From the NCBI GenBank assembly GCA_030141605.1, contig JAQGDQ010000348.1:1-64000 (forward strand): 64,000 nucleotides of DNA. The letters run 5' to 3'. Shown here in pieces: positions 1 to 12,505 of the stretch. Position 1 is the first letter of the stretch. Each line of letters starts with the position of its first letter. Made by a program: the position numbers and the translations under genes. The stretch is from Tubiluchus corallicola. Lineage: Eukaryota > Animalia > Priapulida. The notes beneath the pieces were generated by a model. The model worked only from the letters and a program-made list of their open reading frames with translations, searched no databases and was not told the DNA's origin.

Positions 1-245
1 ACACCAATCAGCAATATCACACCACCCACAACACAACACAACACACACCCACCACACTACATCAACACCGCCAACACCCTACCACTTTATCCGCACCATA
101 TCACCCATACCACACCATCAAGACCTCACCACACCACCCAGACTACACCACTCCACCAACACCACACACATCCTACCACCCCACCACATTATCCACTACA
201 CAACGACCACAGCACGCTCACCACACCAACCACATCAAATCCACA
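1..245. repeat. Degenerate (CACCA/CACAA)n low-complexity tract
   Basis: C/A-rich pentameric pattern with almost no G. Confidence 0.75.
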
Positions 246-699
246 ACATCACATGGTGATCTTATTGTTGAAGACGATGATGATCTGACGCCAACGATGA
301 CGATACCTACAGCACCAACACCAACAGTACAGCATCACAGAGAAGCCATTCAAAACATTTTGCACAAAGTAGAATACAACGAATGCTCTTAAACCTATCT
401 ATCAATGATCAATAATGCGTGGACATTCAACATAGTTTTGTTTGCTGCTTCTCAGTTGGTAATAGACTAACACAACTCATTTATATGTACAATCTATAAC
501 ACTGTAGAACGACGGGTGGAGACAATGCCTGGAACAGCCCCATAATTTCTCAAGCTCAAAGACAATTGATGTTCGAAATAGCATGCAGCTGAGGGAGGTA
601 GAAAAAGATCTTCGAAATACACCCCTCCCGTTTCGTCCAGTATACATCTCTCCTAGGGAAACCAGAAGCAGTTTGTAGGCCGTTTCGTCCTCTTTCTGC

Positions 700-1048
700 G
701 AGTGTGTCTATTTTTTCTTAACTAGCCCAAACAGTTGCACAAATTGAGTTTTTCTAGAGGGCGGTTCTGCAAAATTTCGTGGTTAGAACGCCGTGATATC
801 TAAATATGACTATTACGCCCACTGTTGAATGGGCTACGCAACCATTACTGGCACCGCCCTCGGCACGTTCCGGTTCCCTAGAATTAAGAGGTATAAATTT
901 TGCAAAAAATGGTCAAAAAAGGGCGTTTTTTGGAGGTTTTTTGCCCCGTACTATAACCAGTACAAATACTATATTTCAAGGTCTCCTCAGTTTAATTTGT
1001 TACTAATAATTAGTTACTTAGTTATATATATATATATATATATATATG
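700..1048 (+). mobile_element. Dispersed repeat copy ending in (TA)n, related to 22900-23380
   Basis: Shares gccctcggc..ttcc.gttc..ta.a...ag..gtataa.ttttgcaaaaaa.gg.c.aaaa..g.c.tttttggaggttttt with 23127-23215. Both copies are followed by TA runs. Confidence 0.6.
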
Positions 1049-3412
1049 TCTATTTTTTCGCACAGTTTTTTCTCACTGTGTCGATAGCTTTTGCGATAAC
1101 TCACTTTTACAATAACGGCTATGCAATATGCATGGCACATTACGCTTACAAGATAAAAAGACCAAACAAATGTGAAAAGCCAGCAAAGCTTTCATATCGG
1201 ATAACAACAACCAATTGTTTAATGGGTGGTAAACATTAAAGCATAACACATGTCTAAACATTACCCGGCATGTCACGTATATGGTGCGTAATTGAAACCA
1301 TAAACAATAGGTTGGCCATTAATAAATCTATCAATATAATGCGGTTGAATGAAATAGCTTACATTAGTCATTAAACGTTTAGGCGCCTCAGAGACTATGT
1401 ATAAACTTTATTTATTTTGAGTGTATTTACAACAAAGTAACTATTAACTGATCACAGTATTTCCACTATGTGCAGTGAAGAAATATACAATTAGTTAGTT
1501 CAAGTATGTAATAACTCAAAATAGTTAATTAAAAATACGACTAGTTCATTAGTTGATACTTAATTGAAATTTACAAAAGCCAATCAACAGATACGGTATT
1601 AAAAACGATTCTCGATGTACATAAGCGTGTAATGTGTAATGTACAATGTTGCTACTACAATTACTGTAGCACTACAGTTATTACAGCAGTACATATAGTT
1701 GATTCTTGCATAAGTTGTTTATTAATGAGTACTTGAAAAGACAGTCCACATAATAACTTATACGTACAATCGTTAACAAAACGTTTAGTGGAGAGTCTAT
1801 CACCCGAGTACGCTATTTTGCTGTGTTCCTACCACAAAATGAACGTTAACGTCTACTACGCACTAACTTATGGCAGGGTATACTTGAGCTTCAGACGTTT
1901 GGTCCCCAGACAATTGGGCCATGGATACTTGGGCACCAGTATTTGGGCCCAGATAATTTAGGTCAACATCATCCGGGCCCCGGATATTTGGGCCGAAATT
2001 ACATATATATATATATATATATATATAAGGAAATGCAATGATATTCAAAATGGTACGTTGTTTAGCATCTACTGAAAAGCTGATGCAGACGACGTTGATA
2101 TCACGTTGAATACAATCTACTTAAAAAAAACAAGTTATCATGAAATTGTGTGTAATCGCTTGATTTGTGATTCTCAAAATTTTCATCTTTTCCGACACGC
2201 CAGTGAGTGTCTTTTTGCGTGTACATAAACACTGTATCTAGTTCTGTATTCTTAATCAATTGTTGTCATAAACTGGTTTCGCAATGCTAACACAACTTAT
2301 TTATATGTACAATCTATAGAACGACGGGTGGAGACAATGCCTGGAACAGCCCCATAATTTCTCAAACTCAAAGACAATTGATGTTCCAAATAGCGTGCAA
2401 CACAGGGAGGTAGAAAAAGAACTTCGAAATACACTTAATCAATTGTTGTCATAAACTGATTTCACAAAGCTGTCACTAAGTTATTACATTTATTTAACTA
2501 TTAATAACGTCGTCGTTATATCAACACAATCATTCTCAGGAACAAAAATGTAAATGGGTCGATAAAATTAAACGTACATTACATTGTATTGGTACTTCCA
2601 AAAATATTATTGCCTTAAACATCAAAACCATGCTGTACAGCAAAGATTAATAAACACAAACATCTGAGCAATATATAACTGGCATGTGCCTTAAAGAGCA
2701 CAAAAATTTCAACATGACAACGAAGTCACAACATACATAGATTAGCGTTACATAGACTATATATAGATTTCTAAAGATGTCTGACACATGAGTGTTGAGT
2801 ACAGCCAAATCATGGGCTTAATGAACATAGGTGACGCTGCTACTCGTAGTGTTTCATAGTTCTGCTGTTGACACATTATAGGAATTTGATGAAGCCATCT
2901 CACGCATTTATTCCAATAATGGATCTGTGCTCATTAACATTTAGGCAGATGAACTTTCGTATCACAGTTACAACAGTTATAGTATCAGATGACGCCTCAT
3001 GGGCAAGTGAAGATAGTAAAGGCTAGTTTCAAACTAGCAAAATTTCTACAGTAATAAACTACTAGCAGCTCTAATTGTTTGTTTTTTTTTGTCTATTGAG
3101 AGAATAACGATGCAATCTGCTTACAAACAAACAGCAGAAATTACATAACAAACAAGTGAACGAAAAGGGAGATGAAATTTGTGAGGGAGTGGTGGAAACC
3201 GTCGGGTAGTGGAACAGTCAGCATGAGGGGTGGGGGTGATTAAATTGAGTGAAGAGAGAGCGTAAAGCAGATGAAGACGATTATATTTCTATCGGTTCAA
3301 TCGCAGATATTATTGTATTAACCTAAATGACAATATAATTTGAAATAAACTTATTCTAGTAATCATAAAGTTCGATGGGCAAGGAATTAATGCATTTTAC
3401 TTGATGAAAAAG

Positions 3413-3903
3413 ATACAGTCACTGTGACTGCAAGATGCTGTTAAGATACATTCACTGTGACTGCAAGATGCTGCTAAGGTACATTCACTGTGACTGCAAG
3501 ATGCTGCTAAGGTACATTCACTGTGACTGCAAGATGCTGTTAAGATACATTCACTGTGACTGCAAGGTGCTGCTAAGATACATTCACTGCATTGCAAGGT
3601 GCTGCTGAGGTAAATTCACTGTGACTGCAAGGTGCTGCTAAGATACATTCACTGTGACTGCAAGGTGCTGCTAAGATACATTCACTGCATTGCAAGGTGC
3701 TGCTAAGGTACATTCACTGTGACTGCAAGGTGCTGCTAAGATACATTCACTGTGACTGCAAGGTGCTGCTAAGATACATTCACTGCATTGCAAGGTGCTG
3801 CTAAGGTACATTCACTGTGATTGCAAGATGCTGCTAAGATACATTCACTGTGACTACAAGATGCTGCTAAGGTACATTCACTGTGACTGCAACATGCTGC
3901 TAA
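3413..3903. repeat. 33-bp tandem repeat, about 15 copies (ACATTCACTGTGACTGCAAGATGCTGCTAAGGT)
   Basis: Directly visible; it overlaps the last codons and the stop of the GPCR. Confidence 0.95.
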
Positions 3904-4969
3904 CTCGATTTGTACGAATCCAAATTTTACAGAGAAAGATCTTCAAGAATGCGTTTCTAAATTGTGAATCCTTAAACGAATAAATTATAAAATTAAAGAG
4001 GGAATTCCAGAACAGGATTGCTCCACACTTGGAAAAAATACTACTGTTGTACGCGATACCACAGTGTTCAGGACAAAAGTTATACACCTGGATAACTGTG
4101 AAGATGGGTAAGTACAGGACGAAATACAACCCGATGATTGACCCAAAGGCCTTAGCAAGCTTAAGCTGACGCTTGAATTGACCTTGTCCAAATGGCGCCC
4201 GAGCAAGCTCCACTCTTGCTATAGCTCGGAGATGGCTGCGTGCTATGATGATTATTTTGACGTAACAAAATAACATGCCACATCCGGAAACCATATTCAC
4301 AAGAGAAGTAAGTGAGGATATAATATAGGCCCATGACAGCATAGTTATGGTGCAACGTCCATCAAAATCAATCAGCCCATATGCTAAAGTGATTGCAAGA
4401 TCAATAATGAATGGCATAAACCAAATTAGTCCAAAAACAATAACTGTTTGCAAACGTGTAAGATTAGGAGGAGTGAGGGGACGCAAGAGATGAATCAGTC
4501 GATCAATACTGATTGCTAGGAGAGTCAATACATTAACTTTACCAGCAAAGGACAAACAAAAGACAATGGCATTGCACATGAAATTACTAAATCTTGAGAA
4601 TCTTTGAATGAATAAGAATATAGAACAGATAGCCATCAACCCGTCAGCAACAGCCAAATTACAAAAGAGAAAATAGGAGAGTTCATGGAGTATTGGAGAC
4701 GAAACAACTGTGACAATAGTTACAATACTCTCTATTAAAATGAACAATGTAATAATAAACTGAAATGCTGTAGCAACTAACAGTCCACTTGAGTTTACCC
4801 CAGTTTCTACACGTGCTGTAGAATTTTCAATTGTAGAGAAGTTATCAGTAGAATCCAGGCTATCCAACAGTCCACTTGAGTTTTCCCCAGTTTTCAAACG
4901 TGCTGTAGAATTTTCAATTGTGGAGAAGTTATCAGTAGAAGCGAGGCTATCAAAAGCATCAGATATCAT
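3878..4969 (-). CDS. Intronless class A (rhodopsin-like) GPCR, about 363 aa, orphan
   Basis: Seven hydrophobic segments with class A motifs: TM2 NLAVAD, TM3 Cys and ISIDRL (DRY-like), TM5 CYVKIIIIARSH, TM6 FVLYLP, TM7 NSLFNFIIY, helix 8 FRNAF. ATG at 4969. A pyrimidine tract plus AG acceptor at 5127-5128 suggests an upstream 5' UTR intron. Confidence 0.92.
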   Translation of the reverse strand: MISDAFDSLASTDNFSTIENSTARLKTGENSSGLLDSLDSTDNFSTIENSTARVETGVNSSGLLVATAFQFIITLFILIESIVTIVTVVSSPILHELSYFLFCNLAVADGLMAICSIFLFIQRFSRFSNFMCNAIVFCLSFAGKVNVLTLLAISIDRLIHLLRPLTPPNLTRLQTVIVFGLIWFMPFIIDLAITLAYGLIDFDGRCTITMLSWAYIISSLTSLVNMVSGCGMLFCYVKIIIIARSHLRAIARVELARAPFGQGQFKRQLKLAKAFGSIIGLYFVLYLPIFTVIQVYNFCPEHCGIAYNSSIFSKCGAILFWNSLFNFIIYSFKDSQFRNAFLKIFLCKIWIRTNRVSSMLQSQ

Positions 4970-5668
4970 TCTGGTTGGAATGAAAGTGTGCAGCACATCT
5001 CAAAAATCTTACTCGTATTTCTACAAGCACGCACTGGTCACGATTTAGTTCTACCTTTTTTCGTACGTTGATAGAAGCAAACTCTCGTTCCTGTGCAAGT
5101 TGTCTGCGTCTTCTTTAGCAAAATACCTAAAACAGAGGAAAACGTCATTTTAATAACAGAATTAACGTCAGTGCTACAAATGAGAAAAGTATTCACTCAT
5201 AATAGCAACATGTTCTATACAAAGGTAGTCATAATGTCTGTGTATTTTTAAAGCACCAAATCCCGACTATGGCGATTGTTCAAGCCAGATCAGTCCAATT
5301 TACCAAAAAGAGGAGAAAATGCATTTCTTTAATAATTTTCGTCTGATTTTGATCATTCGTGTCAGCAGCTGATCTTGAGTAATGGTATGAATATCAACAA
5401 AAATCAAAAAATCAAAGAATGTTGTGACGAGCAGTTTTTGAAGCCATACTTTCAATAACTTTAAAAGTTGAAACCATGGATTGATTTATTCATTTATTGA
5501 ACCATTAAGCAAAGCAAAATACAAGAGGCAACGAAAAACTAGACTTAAAAACATTGCACAACTTTCTACATTCGCGCTTTACTTACAAATATATAAGAAC
5601 AAAGACTTTTGCTAAAATTTACGATAAAACCAGGATAAATTTTGCCTGAGTTATACATATATACAGTT

Positions 5669-5714
5669 ACACACACGCACACGCACACGCACACGCACAC
5701 GCACACGCACACGC

Positions 5715-5749
<35 letters not shown>
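5669..5749. repeat. (CACACG)n/(CA)n microsatellite
   Basis: Directly visible. Confidence 0.95.
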
Positions 5750-5750
<1 letters not shown>

Positions 5751-6329
5751 TACACTCAATGTGAGAGTCTACTACTTCATGATGCCCAAAGTCAAAAAAA
5801 TTCATGTTTGAGTAGCTTTATTACGTTTTATCTGTAAGAAAAATCATAAAAAATATAACAAACTAATTTGAGGTATAACTAAAAAAGAAACAAAGAAATT
5901 AATAATAAAGTGAGACTGAATAATCAAAATAAACTTACATCATGGCTCTACTACGCTTGACAAATAAATGGTTTAACTGAGACAAACAACGACAACAACT
6001 CTCTTAGCCAAGAACAGACTGCCAACAGACCAGGTGAACTAGCTCTGTCTGCCAGGGCATGACAGAAAGAAGCCAAGTCAAGACATACATACGAATGCAG
6101 TTAAAGGACAGTGTAGGGGGGGTTTACAGAATGAGACAACACTGAAGTAATAAAATAACCTAAAATCCTTCACACTCAACATTCTGATGAAATGCTTTAA
6201 TGAACTGATGGTTTTGAAGGGGATTTCTATTAAAAGCCTGTACCTCAATATTCAACATGTTAAGCAAACTCAACAGCTCACACCCAACACGTGGACCAGC
6301 CCAACTAACCCGGTGAGGCAGCTGGAGAC

Positions 6330-6620
6330 TTCTGTTTCACAGCTGTAATATGTTGCTTTGCAGTTTTCCTGTACCTCTTGGAAGTAAGCATGGCTGGCTT
6401 CCAAGTCTTCTTCACTCTCCAATATCTGACAAGAATCGTGTGCTTCAGTGACCTCCTTGAAGGTGCGCTTCAGTTTTCTAACTCTTTCATCTAATTTTTC
6501 CATGTCTTCAGCTAGCAACTGCTTAACCCGATTGACATGCTTAGTGACAGCCCTCTTGGCATTTGACCTGGCATTCTTGAACTTAGCTGAAACCTTCTTT
6601 CACTGTAAACCTGGCTGTTT
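6330..6620 (-). mobile_element. Probable BEL/Pao LTR-retrotransposon gag N-terminal remnant
   Basis: Minus frame ARSNAKRAVTKHVNRVKQLL...LKRTFKEVTEAHD...SHAYFQEV resembles the helical N-terminus of BEL/Pao gag. Truncated. Confidence 0.5.
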
Positions 6621-7779
6621 TCTTGAAAGATTTTTATTTTCCACATTTCAGAAAAAATGTGAAACTGCAATACAAAACAAGGAAAAGGAAAATCAAACAA
6701 AAATAAAGTAACAGTAAACGTACAAATAAATCTGTAATAAGCACAATCACATTAATAACAGACGTAAGATGAAAGTGATTTTAAATTAAATCATTACGCC
6801 ACAAGAAGACAAAGACAAAAATTTGCTAATAAACAAACTTTTTAATCCTGACAAAAAGCAAGCAACTGCACACGCATGCACACTTATACACAGCACAAGC
6901 ACGCAATAGCACGCACTTTAAACACATACTAAAAAATCAAATATTCACCACGACTGTGACCATCAGAAACTATGAAACCAACGAATAAAGTATTACAAAG
7001 TTCTACGTGAAAATAAGTAAACAAATGCACTTACAATCCCTTGAGGTTCTGCATCGCAAACTTCAGACCAATTTTTCGAAATCAACAGACACAAATGATT
7101 TACAACTGCAGCATATTGAAGCACAAGCGCGAGACACAACTACGGGCATCTATACAAAACAGAATTTTGCCCTGACCAACGGCTAACAGGCATCTATACA
7201 ACTAAAACAGAATTTTGCACTACCCAACGGCTATCGAACTTCGCATATTAGAGCAGCAAGGTATGTTAAACAAACGAGCCTACAGGTAATGCAATATAAA
7301 CATGCTCCCCAATCTTCACACCTGGCTTCACTAAACAGAAGACCGGGAGATAATACTGAGGATAAGACGTTCCAATATGTAAACTGAGAAATGGACTCAA
7401 TAGAAACCACAACGTCTTTCAAAAATTTTGGAAGTAAGATATGTCCAAGCAGTCCATCGTTAAATATTTGTTGCAAATGTGAACTGATGGATCGAATACA
7501 TTTTTTACATCTAATAGATCGAATTGGATAGATGGATAGATCTATTGATTATTGACCCATAAATTATTGGCATATGGCCAACAGCGTCGACTAAAACAAT
7601 AAAAAACATTTCATGCATAACAATAGATTACATGCATGTTCGGATAGATTTTGCAACTGCACGCTGTATTATAGTATTTTGTGGGTACATCAGACACAAC
7701 AGTTTTTCAATTACAGTTAAAGTATTAAAAGTAATTTCATATTGACAAACTCGGGATGCACACACTGTATCTCGACGCT

Positions 7780-8180
7780 AGGCGGGAGGAGCTGCACAAG
7801 CAGCCAACGGCTAGAGGGCGGAGGAGGTCAAGTGACCCAACGGCCATGTGTAGAGGAGTAAACCTTCCAAATCAGGAGTGCAGCTCCGAAGGCGGACCAG
7901 TGCAGCATGCTCACTGACTCCGGCAGCTCCTGCAGCCAACCTGGTGCCAAACGTATTGCTCTGCTTTCCTTTGGACTACACCAGGGAGGAAGAGAGGGGG
8001 TTCCTGCGGTGTGGGCAACTCAGGATCTCCATTCACCTTGCCCAGGCGTACGCCCTGGAGACGTTCAAGGATCGGATTGCTCAGCCACAGTCGATGCTGC
8101 AGCTCCATCAATGTGATCAATAACTGACTCTCTTGGCGCACACCCAACTGTCTTCCGAGACAGAAGGATGCCAGCAATAA
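7780..8180 (+). mobile_element. Decayed 3' end of an L2/CR1-like LINE
   Basis: GC-rich island. LAQAYALETFKDRI resembles the terminal ..LE.FK.. motif of L2/CR1-type ORF2, followed by a short 3' UTR. Frameshifted. Confidence 0.4.
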
Positions 8181-8616
8181 CGTGCAATTTGTAGTCGTAC
8201 ATATCTACCACTTTCAATAGCCAACATGAGCATTAGTAGTAGTATAGCTTATTGACTATAAATACAATGATGAATACAAAAACTGGGGTAGCAGAAAACA
8301 ATAAAATTTACAGTCCAAAATTATTCTTTTCAAGATCTAAATTTTGTCAAGGCCTTTCTATCTTTAATATTCCTAACATGTTCTAAATCAGTTTCCAGTT
8401 CAAAATTCGGTTTAAATGATCTATAAACAGATAATTTGCTCACAGAGTCTCTCCATGATATAACATACATGTAATTCACGCGCAGTTCATTCCTGGAATA
8501 TATACAGTATGCGGTGCTACGTTGTGTTATAACCTCATGTTAATTTGGTGTTAAATACTTCACAGTGTAACATACCACGCAATTTTTTTTGCACATCGAA
8601 TGCCTCTTTTACGAGA

Positions 8617-8848
8617 GCGTATTAGGGTCATGATATCGGATTAATTATAAAAAATCTGGTTATAAGCAATTTGATGCTATCCGATTGTTAAAAAATCTAG
8701 TTATAACCACATTTTTATGTTTTCCGTCCGATTATAAAAAATGTGGTTATAACAAATTTTTTGCCATCTGATTGTTCAAAGATCTGGTTAATAACGAAAT
8801 TGTAAAAAAGATTTTTCTTATAATCGGATGTGATGGCCCTAATGCGCT
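8617..8848. mobile_element. MITE with imperfect TIRs, PIF/Harbinger-like
   Basis: Left tta-gggtcatgatatcggatta versus right taatcggatgtgatggccc-taa. Internal ttataaaaaatctggttata subrepeats. Confidence 0.6.
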
Positions 8849-8850
8849 TT

Positions 8851-10508
8851 CGTACTCTTTACACATTCAGTCATTGCAATTAGATAACATCCCTACTTGC
8901 ACCCTCGCTCTCTCTCTCGTACTCTTTACACATTCAGTCATTGCAATTAGATAACATCCCTACTTGCACCCTCGCTCTCTCTCTCGTACCCTTTACACAT
9001 TCAGTCATTACAATTAGATAACATCCCTACATGCACCCTCGCTCTCTCTCGTACTCTTTACACATTCAGTCATTACAATTAGATAACATCCCTACTTGCA
9101 CCCTCGCTCTCTCTCTCGTACCCTTTACACATTCAGTCATTACAATTAGATAACATCCCTACATGCACACTCGCTCTCTCTCTCTCTCGTACTCTTTACA
9201 CATTCAGTCATTACAATTAGATAACATCCCTACTTCCACCCTCGCTCTCTCTCGTACTGTTTACACATTCAGTCATTACAATTAGATAACATCCCTACTT
9301 GCACCCTCGCTCTCTCTCGTACTGTTTACACATTCAGTCATTGCAATTAGATAACATCCCTACTTCCACCCTCGCTCTCTCTCGTACTGTTTACACATTC
9401 AGTCATTACAATTAGATAACATCCCTACTTGCACCCTCGCTCTCTCTCGTACTGTTTACACATTCAGTCATTACAATTAGATAACATCCCTACATGCACA
9501 CTCGCTCTCTCTCGTACTCTTTACACATTCAGTCATTACAATTAGATAACATCCCTACTTCCACCCTCGCTCTCTCTCGTACTCTTTACACATTCAGTCA
9601 TTGCAATTAGATAACATCCCTACTTGCACCCTCGCTCTCTCTCGTACTGTTTACACATTCAGTCATTGCAATTAGATAACATCCCTACATGCACACTCGC
9701 TCTCTCTCGTACTCTTTACACATTCAGTCATTACAATTAGATAACATCCCTACTTCCACCCTCGCTCTCTCTCGTACTCTTTACACATTCAGTCATTGCA
9801 ATTAGATAACATCCCTACTTGCACCCTCGCTCTCTCTCGTACTGTTTACACATTCAGTCATTACAATTAGATAACATCCCTACTTGCACCCTCGCTCTCT
9901 CTCTCGTACTCTTTACACATTCAGTCATTACAATTAGATAACATCCCTACTTGCACCCTCGCTCTCTCTCTCGTACTCTTTACACATTCAGTCATTACAA
10001 TTAGATAACATCCCTACATGCACACTCGCTCTCTCTCTCTCTCGTACTCTTTACACATTCAGTCATTGCAATTAGATAACATCCCTACTTGCACCCTCGC
10101 TCTCTCTCTCGTACTCTTTACACATTCAGTCATTGCAATTAGATAACATCCTACTTCCACCCTCGCTCTCTCTCGTACTCTTTACACATTCAGTCATTAC
10201 AATTAGATAACATCCCTACTTGCACCCTCGCTCTCTCTCTCGTACTCTTTACACATTCAGTCATTACAATTAGATAACATCCCTACATGCACACTCGCTC
10301 TCTCTCTCTCTCGTACTCTTTACACATTCAGTCATTACAATTAGATAACATCCCTACTTCCAGCCTCGCTCTCTCTCTCGTACTCTTTACACATTCAGTC
10401 ATTACAATTAGATAACATCCCTACTTCCACCCTCGCTCTCTCTCGTACTCTTTACACATTCAGTCATTACAATTAGATAACATCCCTACTTCCAGCCTCG
10501 CTCTCTCT
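8851..10508. repeat. 65-71-bp tandem repeat with an internal variable (CT)n, about 25 copies
   Basis: Unit CGTACTCTTTACACATTCAGTCATTACAATTAGATAACATCCCTACTTGCACCCTCG(CT)n. Confidence 0.97.
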
Positions 10509-12365
10509 TGCTGTTACTTATTTAGATTTATTAGCTCTCTAATTCCTGTGATGGACACTCGTTGTTGTGGTGGGTGTCGTGCGTGGTCCAACAATTGAAT
10601 GGAATATCAAGGAGCAACACACAGAATGATTGCAACCAGCTCTTTAAGATCCCAGTGGACGAATAAACATGTAAATATGTACTACCTAAGTGGTTGATCT
10701 CAAGAACTAAATGGACAGAGAAGGTCAATACTATGACGTGGAGTTCCGGGGAAGAGGGGGCTGGTCAGCACCAAGTCAATTGCAATTTCATTCTCCGATT
10801 TTACATGTCTCATTCATGTACAGTTAGTTAGTTTATTGACCATAATAATAGTTACATGTACATTACGTATACAAATGATCTTTACGGTGCATATTAAATA
10901 ACACATTACTATACAGCTATGATTAAGCACACAGAAGATGAAAACATATTAAATAAAAACACTTAAATTTTCCCCCTGCTAAATATCAAACGTATTTCAA
11001 ATTTCAAAACACAGTTTAAAGAATTCGTTCAAAGGAAGACAGGATGATTTTTTACATACTACCCCATTTTCAAGTAAGGTAAAAAGAATACATTTTCACA
11101 CAATTAATATTGCAAAAGCGTTTCTGATAATCAAAATAATAGATTAAACTTTTGTTTAACGGCGGGCGTGCTCAGCTATTGACATCACAAACTAACATAA
11201 TTTTCAGCAGCTAAAATATTCCATTGAACTACACTGCTACTGTAAGAGATTCAGTGTATTGTTACTAGGCAAGTTTTAAGATAAAAATTGAAATTTCAAT
11301 TCGCTGCTGTGCTGATGCAGGAGCTGTCGAAGGTGGCAAAACGCATGTAACAGCGAAGAACTAGTAGCGCAAACGTAAAATTGTATTTGTGTGTATGGCA
11401 GATTTTTTTTTAAATTCTGTCTGCCCACGTCGACCCTATAGGACTATTAGATACCCTTGATCTAGTACTAGTACCAGATGAGTTGTTAATACAAAAGACA
11501 ACAATAACAATAACAATAACTATAATAATAACAACAACAACAGCAGCAGCTGCAACAACAACAACAACAATAATAATAAGGGTACTTGATACTTGTTTCC
11601 AAAGCGACTATAATTACCTGCATATTATCTCATACAACCTGCGTGTCTCTATAATGAACCAGCAGCATCATTTCTTGTCTTTGGTATGACTACACCAGAA
11701 TTGAACCCACAACCAGAAGGAATGCACGCTAACATTGAGCTATACCTCCGGTCTAGAATATTTTTTATTTTATTTTTGTGTAAAAGCATGATGGTTAAGT
11801 GTTTTACTTTACTGATACGGAGAAACAATTATGAGAGCGAAAGAGTTTAAGATAGAATAAATACGAATACTAAAAAGACAAGCGAAGAAAACAATCCTCA
11901 TAAATGAAGCTTGAAAAATTTCGTATCACCTGACATGCTGTCGTGTTGCATGCAAAGTTTGGGTTAGCAAAACACTGTGAAAGAAATGTAAATTTAAACT
12001 CAGTTGATCATTAAGAGCAGCTATTTTGACGGACAGTCGATTTGAAGCAAGTCTAGATAACATTGCATAAAGTTTGAAAAAATAATCAGAGCATTCGTTG
12101 CATTCACTAACCAAGCAAAAATACGAATTACTGTATCTTGTCCATAAGTTTAATAATGTGTTTTGGTGCATGCTGGGATAGTGAAACAGTGACGTTTTCC
12201 AGCATACCTTTGATATATAGGCATTTAAATTATCAAGAATTATCTTTTCTAGTTACATAAGTCGAACATAAGTTTCCAACAGCTAAGCGTAATGCTAATT
12301 AATTTAACTTTTTATGGATATATTTTTAATTTCCATTTTCTTCCCGCTTTAAACAGAATGAAAAT

Positions 12366-12505
12366 TTATATCAGCAGTCCTTGGCACATTTTAAAAAAGA
12401 TCGAAACACATTCTGTTGCTTCAACGCTGCCATTCCAATATTGATTCACTTGAGAATTGTGTAGGTGGCGCTCCTCTTTGAGAAGTGTTTCCAGAACCTT
12501 CCAAC
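12366..12505 (-). CDS. TTLL4-like terminal exon 14 ([15 protein letters not shown]...QGLLI*)
   Basis: Acceptor gattttctag in phase 1. G..LL..L....H pattern as at the end of the TTLL4 conserved region. TAA at 12368-12366. Confidence 0.72.
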
